Assembly (NCBI RefSeq): GCF_001949145.1
Contig: NW_019091360.1
Span: 4,296,159 to 4,360,158 of the forward strand
Length of the DNA: 64,000 nt
Origin: Acanthaster planci
Taxonomy: Eukaryota
Direction of reading: 5' to 3'
A model generated the notes under the pieces. It did not search any database. It had not been told where the DNA came from and saw only the letters and a list, made by a program, of their open reading frames with translations. The position numbers were made by a program, and so were the translations under genes. Below, one piece after another: positions 1 through 12,163 of the stretch. The stretch's first letter is position 1; the number at the start of each line of letters is the position of its first letter.

Positions 1-368
1 GAACGTCGGGCACACGACTCAAGAACACTGCTCTCGGAACAGGATCACACACCACCTCCTCGTCAGGGTTTTACAGGAACACACGGAAAAACTCGTAAGA
101 AATGGCTTCCAAAGCAATAGACAATGGGAAGTTTTGCAAAATTAACAATAACCCTCCTCAATCCTTCACCTGTTGGAGGACGGAGGAGTGTTAGGGTTAA
201 TTATTTTCCGGAACACAGAAATGAATGTTACTAATAAATAGAAAAGAATTCAGCCCGTCCAAACATTAACTCCCGAATAACGTAGCCTACAGGGACGCCG
301 CCATGTTGCATGTTGCTTGTCACTAACTACCAGCGATAACCGGTTGTTTGTTCTCGGCGTTCGAGCGG
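1..368 (+). mobile_element. Non-coding fragment of a repeat family, inverted homologue of 29404-29766 (which adjoins a tyrosine-recombinase remnant)
   Basis: 1-96, ~102-145 and ~197-368 align by eye to the reverse complement of 29404-29766 (shared blocks include GAACACTGCTCTCGGAACAGGATCA and CAGGGACGCCGCCATGTTGCATGTTGCTTGT). Runs off the window start. Confidence 0.7.
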
Positions 369-3300
369 CTACCCACGAACAACAAATCGAGCTGTTCGTG
401 AAATAAGGGGAACAAGCCGCCAGAACTCGGCCTATGCGTTCCTCAAGAACCTTGTTACTCCTGCCATTCCGTCGGCATGGCGACTTATATATTTTTGTAA
501 CGCCCTCTGTAGACAAGGATAAACGCCGTAAAATGTTTTGACCTGCGGAGACAAAGTGAGTATCACTTTGGAATAGTTGAACGATTTTTTTAAATTGAAA
601 GTAATGGTTTTGTTCAGAAGTGCAATACAGTCTAGAATGGACAAAAACAAAACGGACAAATAAACGAAATCTAAGCGCTTTCTTTTCATGGTGTATCGAC
701 ATTTATTTGTCCTCCAAACTTACCGCTGATTTCTCTTATGAGCAACCTTGGGACAGACATTCCTACTAATTACGGATTTCTATGAAGACAGCTAATAAAA
801 CGGAAAAGACAATATTCGTATGTAGAGGGCGCACTGGCTATTCCTGATGGAGAGCTAGTATTGTGACAACTTAGAAGCCATACCTATTAGTAGGCATGAA
901 CGTAACGATGAATTGTTCAACTTTGATCACTCGTATGTTGAATCAACCCAAATCGTTATAAATTAAACCATATTTTTTCCACCGATTAGTGTGATTCCTT
1001 GCAAAACACACTAGTATCATGCAGCATGCACGTCATACAAGGTCTGACGTTGCAATTCTTTGGTTCTACAGTGTCTAGGTCTAATCACCGATGATCTGTT
1101 ACGTAATTTGGACTAAAACATTTGATATTCATTTATTTTTATAAGTGCACGCAGAAATGACCTCAAACTTCGAATGCTAACCGGTTATTTCGACTTAGAT
1201 TTCAAGTAACAGCTGGCTTTTTTTTTTTAAAACTTTTTCCCCTTGGTGGACATCAAAATTATCCTTCGTGTCTTACTTTTTCCCGGAAAATGAAAAAACC
1301 AAGCATCCAATGGTATCAACAAAGTGCAACTCTTTCCGTGCAAAATATACTTTTAGATGATTTGGAATTTCTTTGCAGTAAAGTTGTACGTCATAATGTA
1401 TGAGGTACAAATGGAAAGCGACAACAAAGATTTGATTGTCATTTGTTAAATATCGAATTCAGTATAAGTATGGGAGCCTTTCAGTACCTGACCGTTACAA
1501 AAGTATATCTTCCCCGGTTAAGTAAAACGCACCGAGAATGAAGGTCTTCAACATTGCAGAAATATTTCCTCAGGCTCCTCTTTTGTGTAAAACCTACTGT
1601 CTAATGGAACTCGGCTGCGCATTCGTGTACTGCTCGTAATTTGGCAATGTGCACGGTAAATGAAGGGAAGAACTTAACAAGAGGGCAGAAACTAGTACGT
1701 ACTGTCGCCATTTAGGAAGCCCAAGGTTGTCACTATAAACATTTTACACTTGTTATTTGCTTGGCGTGTATCTGTGGAATTAACGTGGCCAATTATAATT
1801 TTTTTTATTTTAATTGAGCGTTTCGACTGGTGAAAACTACACTTAACACATTGAAAAAATACTTCGCAAAATACTCAGATAACGTGTTAGATATCCAAAA
1901 TCTATGATCTGTCTGAAATTAATTGTGATCTTGACCGATTTTCGGCAATGTAGCTGTCCTTAATGACACACGAAGTACTCCATTCTAACTTACAATGCCT
2001 TGAAACCCTAGAGATTCCTGTCAGACTGCATGGGACCTTATAAGCAAATATAGGCCTAATATAACCCTTACAGGTTGTCAACTAGGAGCCGTCAATTTGG
2101 GGGATATGCTTTCTTCCTTCAGTCATCATTATAAAACGGAGAGGCAAAGGCGGTACATCTCATTTGCGTTCGAACAGATGGGCGGTGTTATCTTTAAAGC
2201 TGGACCATCTGTTGTCAGCTGCCAGAATGACGTCTAACCGGCCCTTGCTCTATGGTACCAGCAAGCTTCAGTTTGCTTAAATGGTAAGCATTTGGATGGT
2301 TATTAAAAGTTGGATTGAATTAAAACATCCACAATTTATCATAAAAATAATCTCAATTGGAGTGCGCATTCTCTCGATTGAGGCGTGTAATTTGTGGTGA
2401 ATACCGCCCTCAATAATTGCAGACACTAATTTCGTGATTCTGTTCGTTGTGCTCGGCGAGTTGGAACGAATTGAATACTCGTCTCTGCACGAGCTAAAAA
2501 GGTTCATATTTGCATATTTGTTACTGATTACGCTGTTGACTGTTGCCTTTTTCGGAAGTCGTTTTCCCGCTTGATACGTGGCGGTTCATACCGCAAGGCA
2601 AAGTCATAGTGATAAATATATAGCCTACCACGCGTCAACAGGAAGTTATAATGATTCGGTTTTAAGTTTTGAGTTTCCCATAACTGCTAGTGAGGTTGGT
2701 ACATACAACCTGAAGAAATGTGTTTATCACAAAAAACCTTGTCTCCAATAGGAACTGGTTCAATAAGTCATTGAAGAAGTTTTCCAGTAGCTCTTCGTGC
2801 CTGTCGACTTGTGAAGTCGAGACATCTAAAATAAATTTGCCCGAAGGAACAAATACACAACTCAATGACGTCAGGACACCTGCTCACACCAACCCCGCAT
2901 CATTTCGGTTTCTGTGAAATGAAGGCTTTGGGGATGAGTTTTGCTTATGTGCTTATCTTAACTAAGTAGTTTAATAAAAGGAGGCATGACGTAAATTATT
3001 TAACCTAAACGTTTAGTATAGGCCAAGTGAAGCTTTTGCTCTCGACATGAATGTATCCAAACACTATACCTGTGTGGTCTTACTCCAGTCGTTTGTGGTT
3101 CAGAAGACACCCCCTTCAGGCTTTCTGTGGCCGTCACCGTTTACAAGATTAACTCACTTTTTTTGGTCGGCCAATAAATTCAGTTCTTATCGTCGACCTT
3201 GTTTGAGGGATGCTGCGCTGTCGTGGTTTCAGCGCTACTCCAACACCTTGTCTGCCTGAGGATGGTTCACTAGTCCGTGTCAGGCCAGGAGCAACGAGCT

Positions 3301-4716
3301 AACATCTGCTCCAGGGCCTTGCACTTTACTGAATGTCCCTACAGTAAGCTAAAACGAGCTGTCATACCACTGAGTCTTGTGATTACAACTGCTGGTCTTT
3401 AGAATTTAACCCAATTTGGGAGTCGCGAGTGCGGGAGAGGCTTTTTAAACACCGTGCTGTCACAGTTTCGATGCTTGTGAATGTACCTTTTTCAAAAGTG
3501 GAGTCGTAATTCATAAATAATTAGAAAAGGTTAGGTAAACTCTCAGAGATGCTTCATTATCTTCAATCGAAATTATTTCAATTAACACTTGCAGTATTAA
3601 TTCGATTCTGATATTTTAGAAAAGAGACAACTGTCATACATCATATAAGTATTCGTAAAACATAACTCTTTTTTTCATTGCTTAATGGCAATAATTCATT
3701 CATGCTTCTTGGTAAGGCAATAGTTTACTAGAGATTTCCTAGCAAGCTCATCCTAATGCCTCAAGGGTGTGAAAGTGAAATGTAAATTGGAAGATTCGGG
3801 ATGTTTTGTTCTGAACAGATCAGAAAACAGTACATCCGAAGTTTCGCTCTACGTTGTCTTTCAGATGCCAGATTTAGAAATGGTTGTGCTGAACAAAAGG
3901 AAAAAACTAATTAGTGAGAACTCGAGAAACTCACTCTCTCCCGACAGAAGTGAAGTTGTTTTTCTGTACGTGTCATGCACACCCTACCTGAAGTCAGCAT
4001 TGTCAAGTCCAAACCAGACTAATATGCTACTTGAATCCAAAGTATACATGTCCCGTTGATTTAGCGAAGTTACACCACACCTCACTGCTGTCTTACTCCA
4101 TTCTTCACAAAAGTAACCCAAGAATTCAGTTTCAAGCAATAAAGCCAAAAGCCTGTTGACATTTATGCGGTGTGCCTTCTAATCCAATTACTGTCTAAAT
4201 CCTTAGTAAGATATAACCTTACGGTAGTTTCAATTACTCCAAAGGGAATGTACACTTGTGTCCAAATGTGTACAAAGTTAGTAGCCTACATCCCCTAACA
4301 ATCTAAAAGCCCATGGAATCCTCAATGTTCGTGTATCATATAATGGAAACTTAGGCTTGACTTTTATCTTATATTCGACTGTCATTTATGATATATTTGC
4401 GCGGATATATAGATTTTATTGTCAGCTTGATTTGAAACCGCAAGTTGCGTCATAATGCACATTATTCAAATTACCTGCTTCGTATTAATTCAATTTACCC
4501 TGCGAACAGCCCTCCCACAAAATAACACGGAGAAGAAGCAGGGAGGTATGAACATTCAACTTGCAGGATTAACAACCAGACACAAAGCACAAAATACTTT
4601 GAATGGACACACTATTGTTGGGTTGTTGAATTCATGCCACTGAATTCCAAAAAGAATACCTAAACAGAGGTCTGTCAACAGCAGTATTTGTAGTGACGTT
4701 TTCTTTCCACGCACAC

Positions 4717-4888
4717 TACGGGCGTTTCACAATAGTGCGCCTCTAAGAGTTTGCAACGCACTGGCCAATCATAATGCGCGAAATCTGTCGACCTAATGCG
4801 CATTTGGAAAGGGTGGACAGATTTCGCGCACTTTGATTGGTCAACGCGTTGTGCACTCTTGGAGGCACATTATTATGAATCGCCCGTA
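4717..4888. mobile_element. Palindromic MITE (foldback)
   Basis: Termini TACGGGCGTTTCACAATA ... TATTATGAATCGCCCGTA; internal arms (TGGCCAATCATAATGCGCGAAATCTGTC / GACAGATTTCGCGCACTTTGATTGGTCA) are reverse complements; second copy at 17655-17784. Confidence 0.8.
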
Positions 4889-7770
4889 TTGCAAATAATG
4901 TGCATGCTTAATCGGGGGATTGGGCGTGGCCGACTTTGAAGGTGACCGTTTTTAGTTTTTGTTAGTAAAGCTCCGATGTGAGCAACTGTGAAACATTGTG
5001 AGGTTTTGAGATAACATAACAGGACAATTGATGTTATATTTGTTTCACTTGGAATTAGTCGAATAAAGTGGAATCATAATTCCGTCAGGGTTGGATCCAG
5101 GAATATTTCCAGGAAGGGGGTCAAGCTGGAGATCTTTTATTAATGTCTAAGTTTTGCGGCGGGAACGATAATGAAACATAACATGGCATACATTGTTTAC
5201 AATGGTATTGGTGCACTTGCCTTTGTACACTTTAGTTATTGTTTTATCATCTTCCCTATTTCTATTACCTTTTTTGTCTCAAAGTGGGGGGGGGGTGCGA
5301 CTCCTCCCCCCGATACACATCTGCCCGTCCTGGAATAACTTGGATAGAAGATCGGTATAACTAAGGACATTGCTGCGGTTTCAGAGTAAACAAATTACAT
5401 GAGTAAGGAGATCTTAGCAGGTTGTGCTTTATTCTCTCAGATGTGTGCTACATTGCCACATTGTAAGGTGTTTGCATGAAAAGTGTGGTGTACTGTTAAG
5501 TGACATCCTTCGTCGATAGTAAAACTTAGCCTTCACCGATGTAACAAATGATGGCGTAACATAACGAACTGCTCTGAAACATCTCCTCACAAAACACTTT
5601 TCTTTGCTCACGCGGTATAACTCGTCTTTATGTCTATAGTAACTCGGGAAAACAACTTGTTTTGCTGTAGCATTCATCTCGGCATACGTTGTTTATAAAG
5701 ATTACTTTCAAAATGTGGATTTACGTTAGCGTGAATGTAAAATATATTCGTACAGATATCAAAGAGTTTTAAATGGTACACCCGGTGGAATGACTATGGG
5801 AGGGGGTGGGGGAACATCCCCCAGCGGATGCCTTTGCTCCTGGGTGCCCCCTTGCCATTTTAAATCTATAAATAATCCCCGTTGAGTTTATACAGTTACG
5901 GTATGGAGTTGCAGCTTATTTTCTTGCAGTGGCGTAACTAGGGCTAAATGTCGGGGGGGGGGGCATCTGGGGGTGTTAAGGGGCACCACGAAAAAACCGA
6001 GGATGAATCCCCGGATGATCATTACTTCTGTTAAGCCTTAAAAATAGGAAGATCGCTGCTGTTGAGGGGTTGCTGCCCAAAGAATTCATATCTCGAACAT
6101 CCCCTCACTCAGATACTCCGATTTAGAAAGTATGCGCTCCAGAGCTGTATTTGTAGAGAGATAAGCACCAGCTTCAAATTTTGGAAACAAAATGGTTGTC
6201 CACTACGTGTAGAGTAGAGCGTGTGGCTCTTGTACACCAACTGTCCATATACACTGACGCACACACACAAGTGTGTATTTGCCTGCAACTGGGGACCACC
6301 TGTTGTTCCTCTTTTGTTTGCACTTTTTTAGAAGACCACCCATATGTTTTGTACACAGTTGTCAATCGGGGACCCTCTGTCAATCGGGGACCTTATTGTC
6401 CTCTATTGTTCAGGGTCCCCAATTGAATCCAGAAACAAACTAACTTACACCGGTCACTTTACTTCCAACTATTATAGTCGTAACTATATATACACGGCTT
6501 TGATCTTTTCTGGCTACAGAAACGCCCCCTGACGGGCAAAGAAGAGACAGATTGTTGGCAAATGTCCAACTGACAAAACCAGAAGTTTTTTTGAAGTTCT
6601 TCAGGTTTTGAGTGGATTCCTCGACAAGTCCTGGATGCCTCTGTAACACTAAGAAATAATTTTGTTCCAAGAAGAGAGCAACGGGGGACACGCCCATCCT
6701 CCAAATGGGCAAAGTTTTTGATGCATAGTGTGAAAAAAAGGCAATTTCGTGGGTAACAGGACTCGTTTCCTTCCCAAAGTGTTTACAAAACTAAGGACTT
6801 TGAAAATTGTTTGGCCCCCCTGAGAAATTGTCCCTGCAACGAAATTTAGTTTAAGCTCCGCCCCTGTGCCTATATAGGGAAAATGATTCAAAGTAAACGC
6901 TGTGTTCTGATTTGAACGATATTGTAATACTTTCGTGAAGTCTGCAGAAGACGTTTATTTTAGGAACATCTTCAAAACCAGCTAACTGGTGCTGTTGTGT
7001 AGGTGCAAAATCAAAGCTGCGTTTTCTTTCTCCAGTGTGATACTGAGTGAGTTGACGTGACGTCACGGTGCGTCTATACGTTTTAACGTGATTCTACAAA
7101 ATCACTTCCAGCGTCAGAATGTTCCAAATGCAGTTTGTTCCGGAATTAGGTTCAGTGTAGATAACCAAGACCGTGTTGGTTAATGCATAGAAGTCGATTG
7201 CACGTCACTAGTCAACATTCGAAATTGCTTTCATTGTAAAACGTGGAAATGGCCAAGCTACTGGAACGTGTTAATTTCAAAGACTCCATTGGATTACCAC
7301 TTAAATCAAACATGGAACCCTACCATTACTCCAGTGCTTTTAAATTGACAAAAACACTTCCTGAAAATCGGCATTTGGTGTGAGTACTTATAATGCGGTC
7401 TTATTAAAGTCACTTATGATGTGATTAATGTAGGCACATGCCTGCGGCCATGTAGATTTCCAATCACATCCGTCAAAGAGGGTGCACATTTTCTCTCATG
7501 GGAAGCCACTAAGTGCCAGCCTCAATGTTCCAAGTCTGGACGTTGATTATTCAACGGCCCGAAGAAGTTTGCAGCTTAATTGATTTGGAAGGGACGTCGG
7601 TCAGAGACGCACCTGACGATTTAAGGCAATTCTCTCATTTGAAAGTCTTATGTTTCCATGAGACTAACAGCATGAAGTAAAGAAGATGTTGAGGCAAGAA
7701 AAGCAAACATGCAGACATCTGCTGGTAGTCGGTGGACAGACAAACAACTAAAAAAAAAGATAAAAGGATG

Positions 7771-7967
7771 CACTCTAAAAACACCTGGGTCAGACTGACC
7801 CGGGATCTGGGTCCCACGGGCCCTAACCCTTTCCTGGGTCAAATTATGACCTGTTTTGGGTCATACTTTACACGGAAATGGTCAAATTTGACCCAACGGG
7901 GGAAAGGGTCAGGCCCCATGGGACCCAGATTCTGGCTTTAAAGTCTCACCCAGGTGTTTTTAGAGTG
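7771..7967. mobile_element. MITE with CACT termini (CACTA/EnSpm-like non-autonomous element)
   Basis: 20-bp perfect TIR CACTCTAAAAACACCTGGGT ... ACCCAGGTGTTTTTAGAGTG, with imperfect internal symmetry (ATCTGGGTCCCA / TGGGACCCAGAT). Confidence 0.8.
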
Positions 7968-10900
7968 TATTACTGAAACAAGGAAGTAAAGGAGGGCTGA
8001 TTTCTTACATCATTTATATAAGACGGTGGTTTGAAAGACAATGAATGCGATATCAATACCTGGCTGAATAACGCATAGGCCTGCTGTTACATTATAATGG
8101 TTGTTTCCTTGTCTGCTGAATGTAGGGCCTACTTTGACCGATGCCTTCAACATTACACAAGTACAAACACTTTGTCGTTATCTCAATGCATTATTTGAAT
8201 AGGCTGCTTTTGAAATGTACAATATTTTAAGAGAATTATGCTGCATGAATCGGTCCTGTCTGATGAGAAACAGCAATGCTGTATGTGGTCCTGACTCTTG
8301 ATTGAAAAATTGACAAAAGATTTGTGCATACTCAACGCGGCATATGATTTTATTCCATACTACACAGCGTCGGTAATCTGTTGTTGGTTATAACCGAGGA
8401 TTTGTGAGTCTGAATTTCTGTACTTTTTTTAGTTACACTCTCTAAGCAATTTTTTTCACAGTTATTTCAACCTTACATTTTTCCTCAAGTATTAAGATTT
8501 TCCCAAAAGCGTTTCTAATCTGAGTCCCTTTTTTGCAATATTAACCAGCATGTCACACACTATCAGATTTTCGTATCTACTGCTAGTGGTTTGTTTCGAG
8601 ATTTATTTTATATCTCTGATTGTTCTCTAATTATTCTCTCACAAATCTAGCTGCTCATAGAGCTTCGTGTTCAGTCGATATGCTGATAGTTATAAATACG
8701 AAACAAAACCATGATATTTAATAATCCATAATTCATTAGATTACGATATCTTGAGATGTACAAATGACCCTGAATTTGAAGACAGAGCCCCCCCCCACGA
8801 ATGATTCGTCATTCAGCAGTGTGGCATGGTTTCTCATTCAAGAACACGTTTCGAACTACAGCCTGGGAAGACATCACCGGTGTTTCGATGGGCAGCGTCG
8901 AGTGGCGTGACGTAGGTCTTTCCGTCGGGTTTAGTACTGACAATGTTAACTTTTTTCGAAGAGCAAAGTAGTAGAGGGATTTAATCTTGTAAAAGCGCCG
9001 TATTGTGTCCAAGGTAATAGCGTTGACTTCCGAGAATATGAAGTCATCAATCCAAACCCACGGCTGATTTCAAAGACTAGGAGTAATAACAACCGATGGG
9101 GCACGATCTTAAATCGAGACTGCAGGAAACCAATGCAAGTTTATCATTCTCAATACCATCATCAAAATATCTTAAAGAATTGCTCTCATAATAAAGAACG
9201 ACGGAGCCGTATACACTTGATCCTTCTGATTCTTTAGTTCATAAATAATATGAAGGTCTTAAGGTATAATTTCTGAGATGTGCAGGTCGTGCGGATGGGT
9301 TTCACTTCACAACACTTTTGGGCTTTTTCATGTTCATTTTTATAATCAAACTTCTGGTGTTTTTAGAGGATTTTACCTATTTTGAATAAAAGTTGAATAG
9401 GGTAGAGACGTTTAGAACGAATGGTACCAGTATATAATATTAGGTGATTTCGTGTTTAATTTGGTATTGTTCAGTTTCTCAAGATGTGGGCAAGATAAAG
9501 TTTGTAACAGAATCTTAGGGAATGTCGTTTTCCCGGGGGTGGGAAAAAGTGCTGAGGGTGGGGATTTTCAGAAATTAACGAACTTACATGCCAACCTAAA
9601 TCCATAAATACACTTTAAAAAGTCTTGTGTAAAGTAACAAAATGAAAACGAAATGTAACGTCAAATGGATGAAATGCGTCAGCGACTCGTATTTTGCATA
9701 ACCTTCACAGATGAAGTTGTTGGCTAATTAATTGTTGATTTCAAATACGAAAGTAGCACGTACATCATAAGCAATTCACTGGTTAGCAGTATAGGCCTAT
9801 TATTGTCAGGATGTGTGCTTACTTTCAGTCGGGGTACCAGCCGGCCTCAGTTGCAATTGATAACTATCTGACCCGTATTTACTACTGATCAGAACTGAAG
9901 CATTTTCAATGTGTAATGTAAGAGAACGAAATCAGTCGAATTATTCGATAAAATTAACATCAAATAATTTGAAATCAAATCATGAATAGAAATTATGAAG
10001 TTAAAATTCAGCAAGATGGCTGTTTGGTAAAATTTGACCTAATTTTATCCTTTTGTGCCAAAATGTCGAAGACTGCGATGTATAACTCTTTATAAATACG
10101 TATTAGCATAAAAAAACAGTAAGAAAGACAAGGTTAAAGGCTTTGGGAATCGATTATTTAATTGAATGAGTTTGCTTGTGCATTGCTTTGTACAAAGGCT
10201 TTAATCGAACATGAAACTGTCGCATCCTTTTGCATTTGCGAATAATACTTGAAAGGTAACAATATAGCATAACATCAAGAACATCTGAATTCACTAGCAA
10301 TCTAAATATCTAAAACAAATACTGATAAAAAGTTGTGGAAAAATGACGATACTAGAATATTCTGCAGACGTCACTGTGTCACTTTACAAGGTCATCATGT
10401 TCACGGGCAGGCATTTTTATAATGTCAGGTCTGATTTTGTGGCTAACTTTTACCTTAGGTTACTTATATGCTACAAGTGCTGGTTTGTCACTAAGCGTGC
10501 TTTATACTGGGCAAAAACTGCTAACAAATCGTGCATCTATTTCAATATTTTTATTAAGCGACAGCAGTGGGTTTGTTTAGTTTAAAACATATTTATACAA
10601 TAATGTTCATATATATTCCATCAAAGTAATATCCAGTTTGCCCTGAAACCGAAAACATATGCCGTAAAGGACTTAATTATCTTTTGGTGTGTCCCCACCT
10701 GTATCAGTAAACACAGTGTGATATCATCACACCTCAGCTCATTACTTCCAAGGTTGTAAGCGCCAGTCGAAATGTTATAATTATTTGCAGGTGTCCCATA
10801 GCCAATAATTGTTATTAAGACAATGAGCCCGAACTCCCCGGAAATGACAGCTACAATAAATGTGGCGCGTGCCACCCACAAACCATGTTTTGCGTTGTTT

Positions 10901-11252
10901 TTGAGTGAGAGTAAACCCTCATCCTTCATGGTCGGCTATTAATTTCTGTTGTAAGTCTACAAGCTTTTGTCTTTCAATGCTGAAAAGAGTCCAAGATTGG
11001 GCGGAAAGTGCGCCCCTTAAAGTGAACAATTTCAATCCTATCTGAATATTATTCTATTTAAACATAGAAGATCGTATACAACAATACATACGTAGTTTAT
11101 TCATAGGAGAGAGTGAAGTCCATACATTAGTGCCTTAAATGATAATTCGATCAAATTTCAAACTTAAAACACTTTTCTCATACATTTCATTTGCAATGTA
11201 TAATACAACAGACCTACTCCGCAAAGAAAAGCAAAATTCTCTTTGAATAGCT

Positions 11253-11258
11253 TTTATT
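11253..11258 (-). promoter_or_regulatory. Candidate polyadenylation signal (AATAAA) of the SK/CCK precursor gene
   Basis: TTTATT on + strand about 400 nt downstream of the stop codon; another at 11096-11101. Confidence 0.35.
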
Positions 11259-11659
11259 TCATAAAAAAAGAGCTCTTGTTTTTGGCATGAAATTAGCGCA
11301 TGACGTGAATGTCAATAGCACAGTTGTGGAATCCACGCAACCTGTCCAAACCCTGCATAGTCGAAATAACACAACAATCGATTCAAAACAGCGACGAAAT
11401 AGAACAAAGGAAGTCCAATTTCAATCGGTGAAGCTAGACAATGTTTATCAAATTTGAAGATTTCCCCTTGAAACGTGAATATCATGATAACTGAAAATAC
11501 ATGCTCCTTTTCATAGGCCTAAATCAAATTTCTAATGCATAAAAATCCAAAATTCTCTTTCCTCACGAAAGGGCTTGGGGTCAATTTATATTGGTAACCT
11601 TCAATGAAACAAGTAAGCTTTGTGTGCTCCTCATTTGTTTGAATTATTCGTCAGATAAT

Positions 11660-12136
11660 TTACAATGTGAAGTCATCGTAATCTGCACCATCTCTCTTGC
11701 CAAAGAATAGACCGAAGCCATACTCATCATGTGCCCTCTTGCTTTGTTGATCAGCTCTGCCACTCTTCCTTTCATCATGATGTAGCCAAGTACCTCTTTT
11801 CCCCCAGAACATACCGTGACCGTAGTCGTCCACTTTGGACTGTCGTTGTTTGCGTAGGAACCCTTCATGATCGCCAGGGTTGTTTGGGTCTTGCAGAGCT
11901 AGCAGTAAATCCAGCACGGAACCCGAGTCCCTTGGCTTATCCAGTAACATTGACTTGGCCGATTCTGCCAGCTCTTTGGAACCCTGATTTGTCATAGCAT
12001 CGGAGGGGTCTAACCACGTGTTCAGTCGTTCCCGCCTGTCGTTGCCATCAGCTACGTCACGAAGAGGCAGGCACGCGATTGGCGAAAGCAAAAGGCACGT
12101 AACTGTTGCTATGGCAACACTAGGCCAATTATTCAT
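11660..12136 (-). CDS. CCK: Sulfakinin/cholecystokinin (SK/CCK)-type neuropeptide precursor, 158 aa, single coding exon
   Basis: ATG at 12136 begins a signal peptide (MNNWPSVAIATVTCLLLSPIAC). Two peptides with amidation/cleavage signals: RKQR-QSKVDDYGHGMFW-GKR (11795-11842) and KR-AHDEYGFGLFF-GKR (11693-11734), each with acidic residues before a sulfatable Tyr at position -7. Near-identical to starfish SK/CCK peptides (Asterias pQSKVDDYGHGLFWamide, GGDDQYGFGLFFamide, from memory). Splice acceptor TTTTCTTCTGCACTGCAG|GTCACA-ATG. Confidence 0.95.
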   Translation of the reverse strand: MNNWPSVAIATVTCLLLSPIACLPLRDVADGNDRRERLNTWLDPSDAMTNQGSKELAESAKSMLLDKPRDSGSVLDLLLALQDPNNPGDHEGFLRKQRQSKVDDYGHGMFWGKRGTWLHHDERKSGRADQQSKRAHDEYGFGLFFGKRDGADYDDFTL

Positions 12137-12142
12137 TGTGAC

Positions 12143-12163
12143 CTGCAGTGCAGAAGAAAAGAC
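12143..12163 (-). other. Splice acceptor of the 5'UTR intron of the SK/CCK gene
   Basis: Minus strand GTCTTTTCTTCTGCACTGCAG|GTCACAATG: polypyrimidine tract plus CAG, with the exon starting at 12142, 6 nt before the ATG. Confidence 0.8.

Noticed and set aside
785..1963. Possible Kolobok-like element (GACAGCTA ... TAGCTGTCCTTAA)
   Set aside because: Only an 8-bp inverted match and a degenerate left target site.
5927..6866. Possible hAT element CAGTGGCGTAACT ... AGCTCCGCCCCTG
   Set aside because: The ends match poorly and there is no TSD; probably ends of two different elements.
8810..8970. + strand reading ...WEDITGVSMGSVEWRDVGLSVGFSTDNVNFF, vaguely death-domain-like
   Set aside because: Short, ends in a stop, no convincing splice sites; the similarity is too weak to call without an HMM search.
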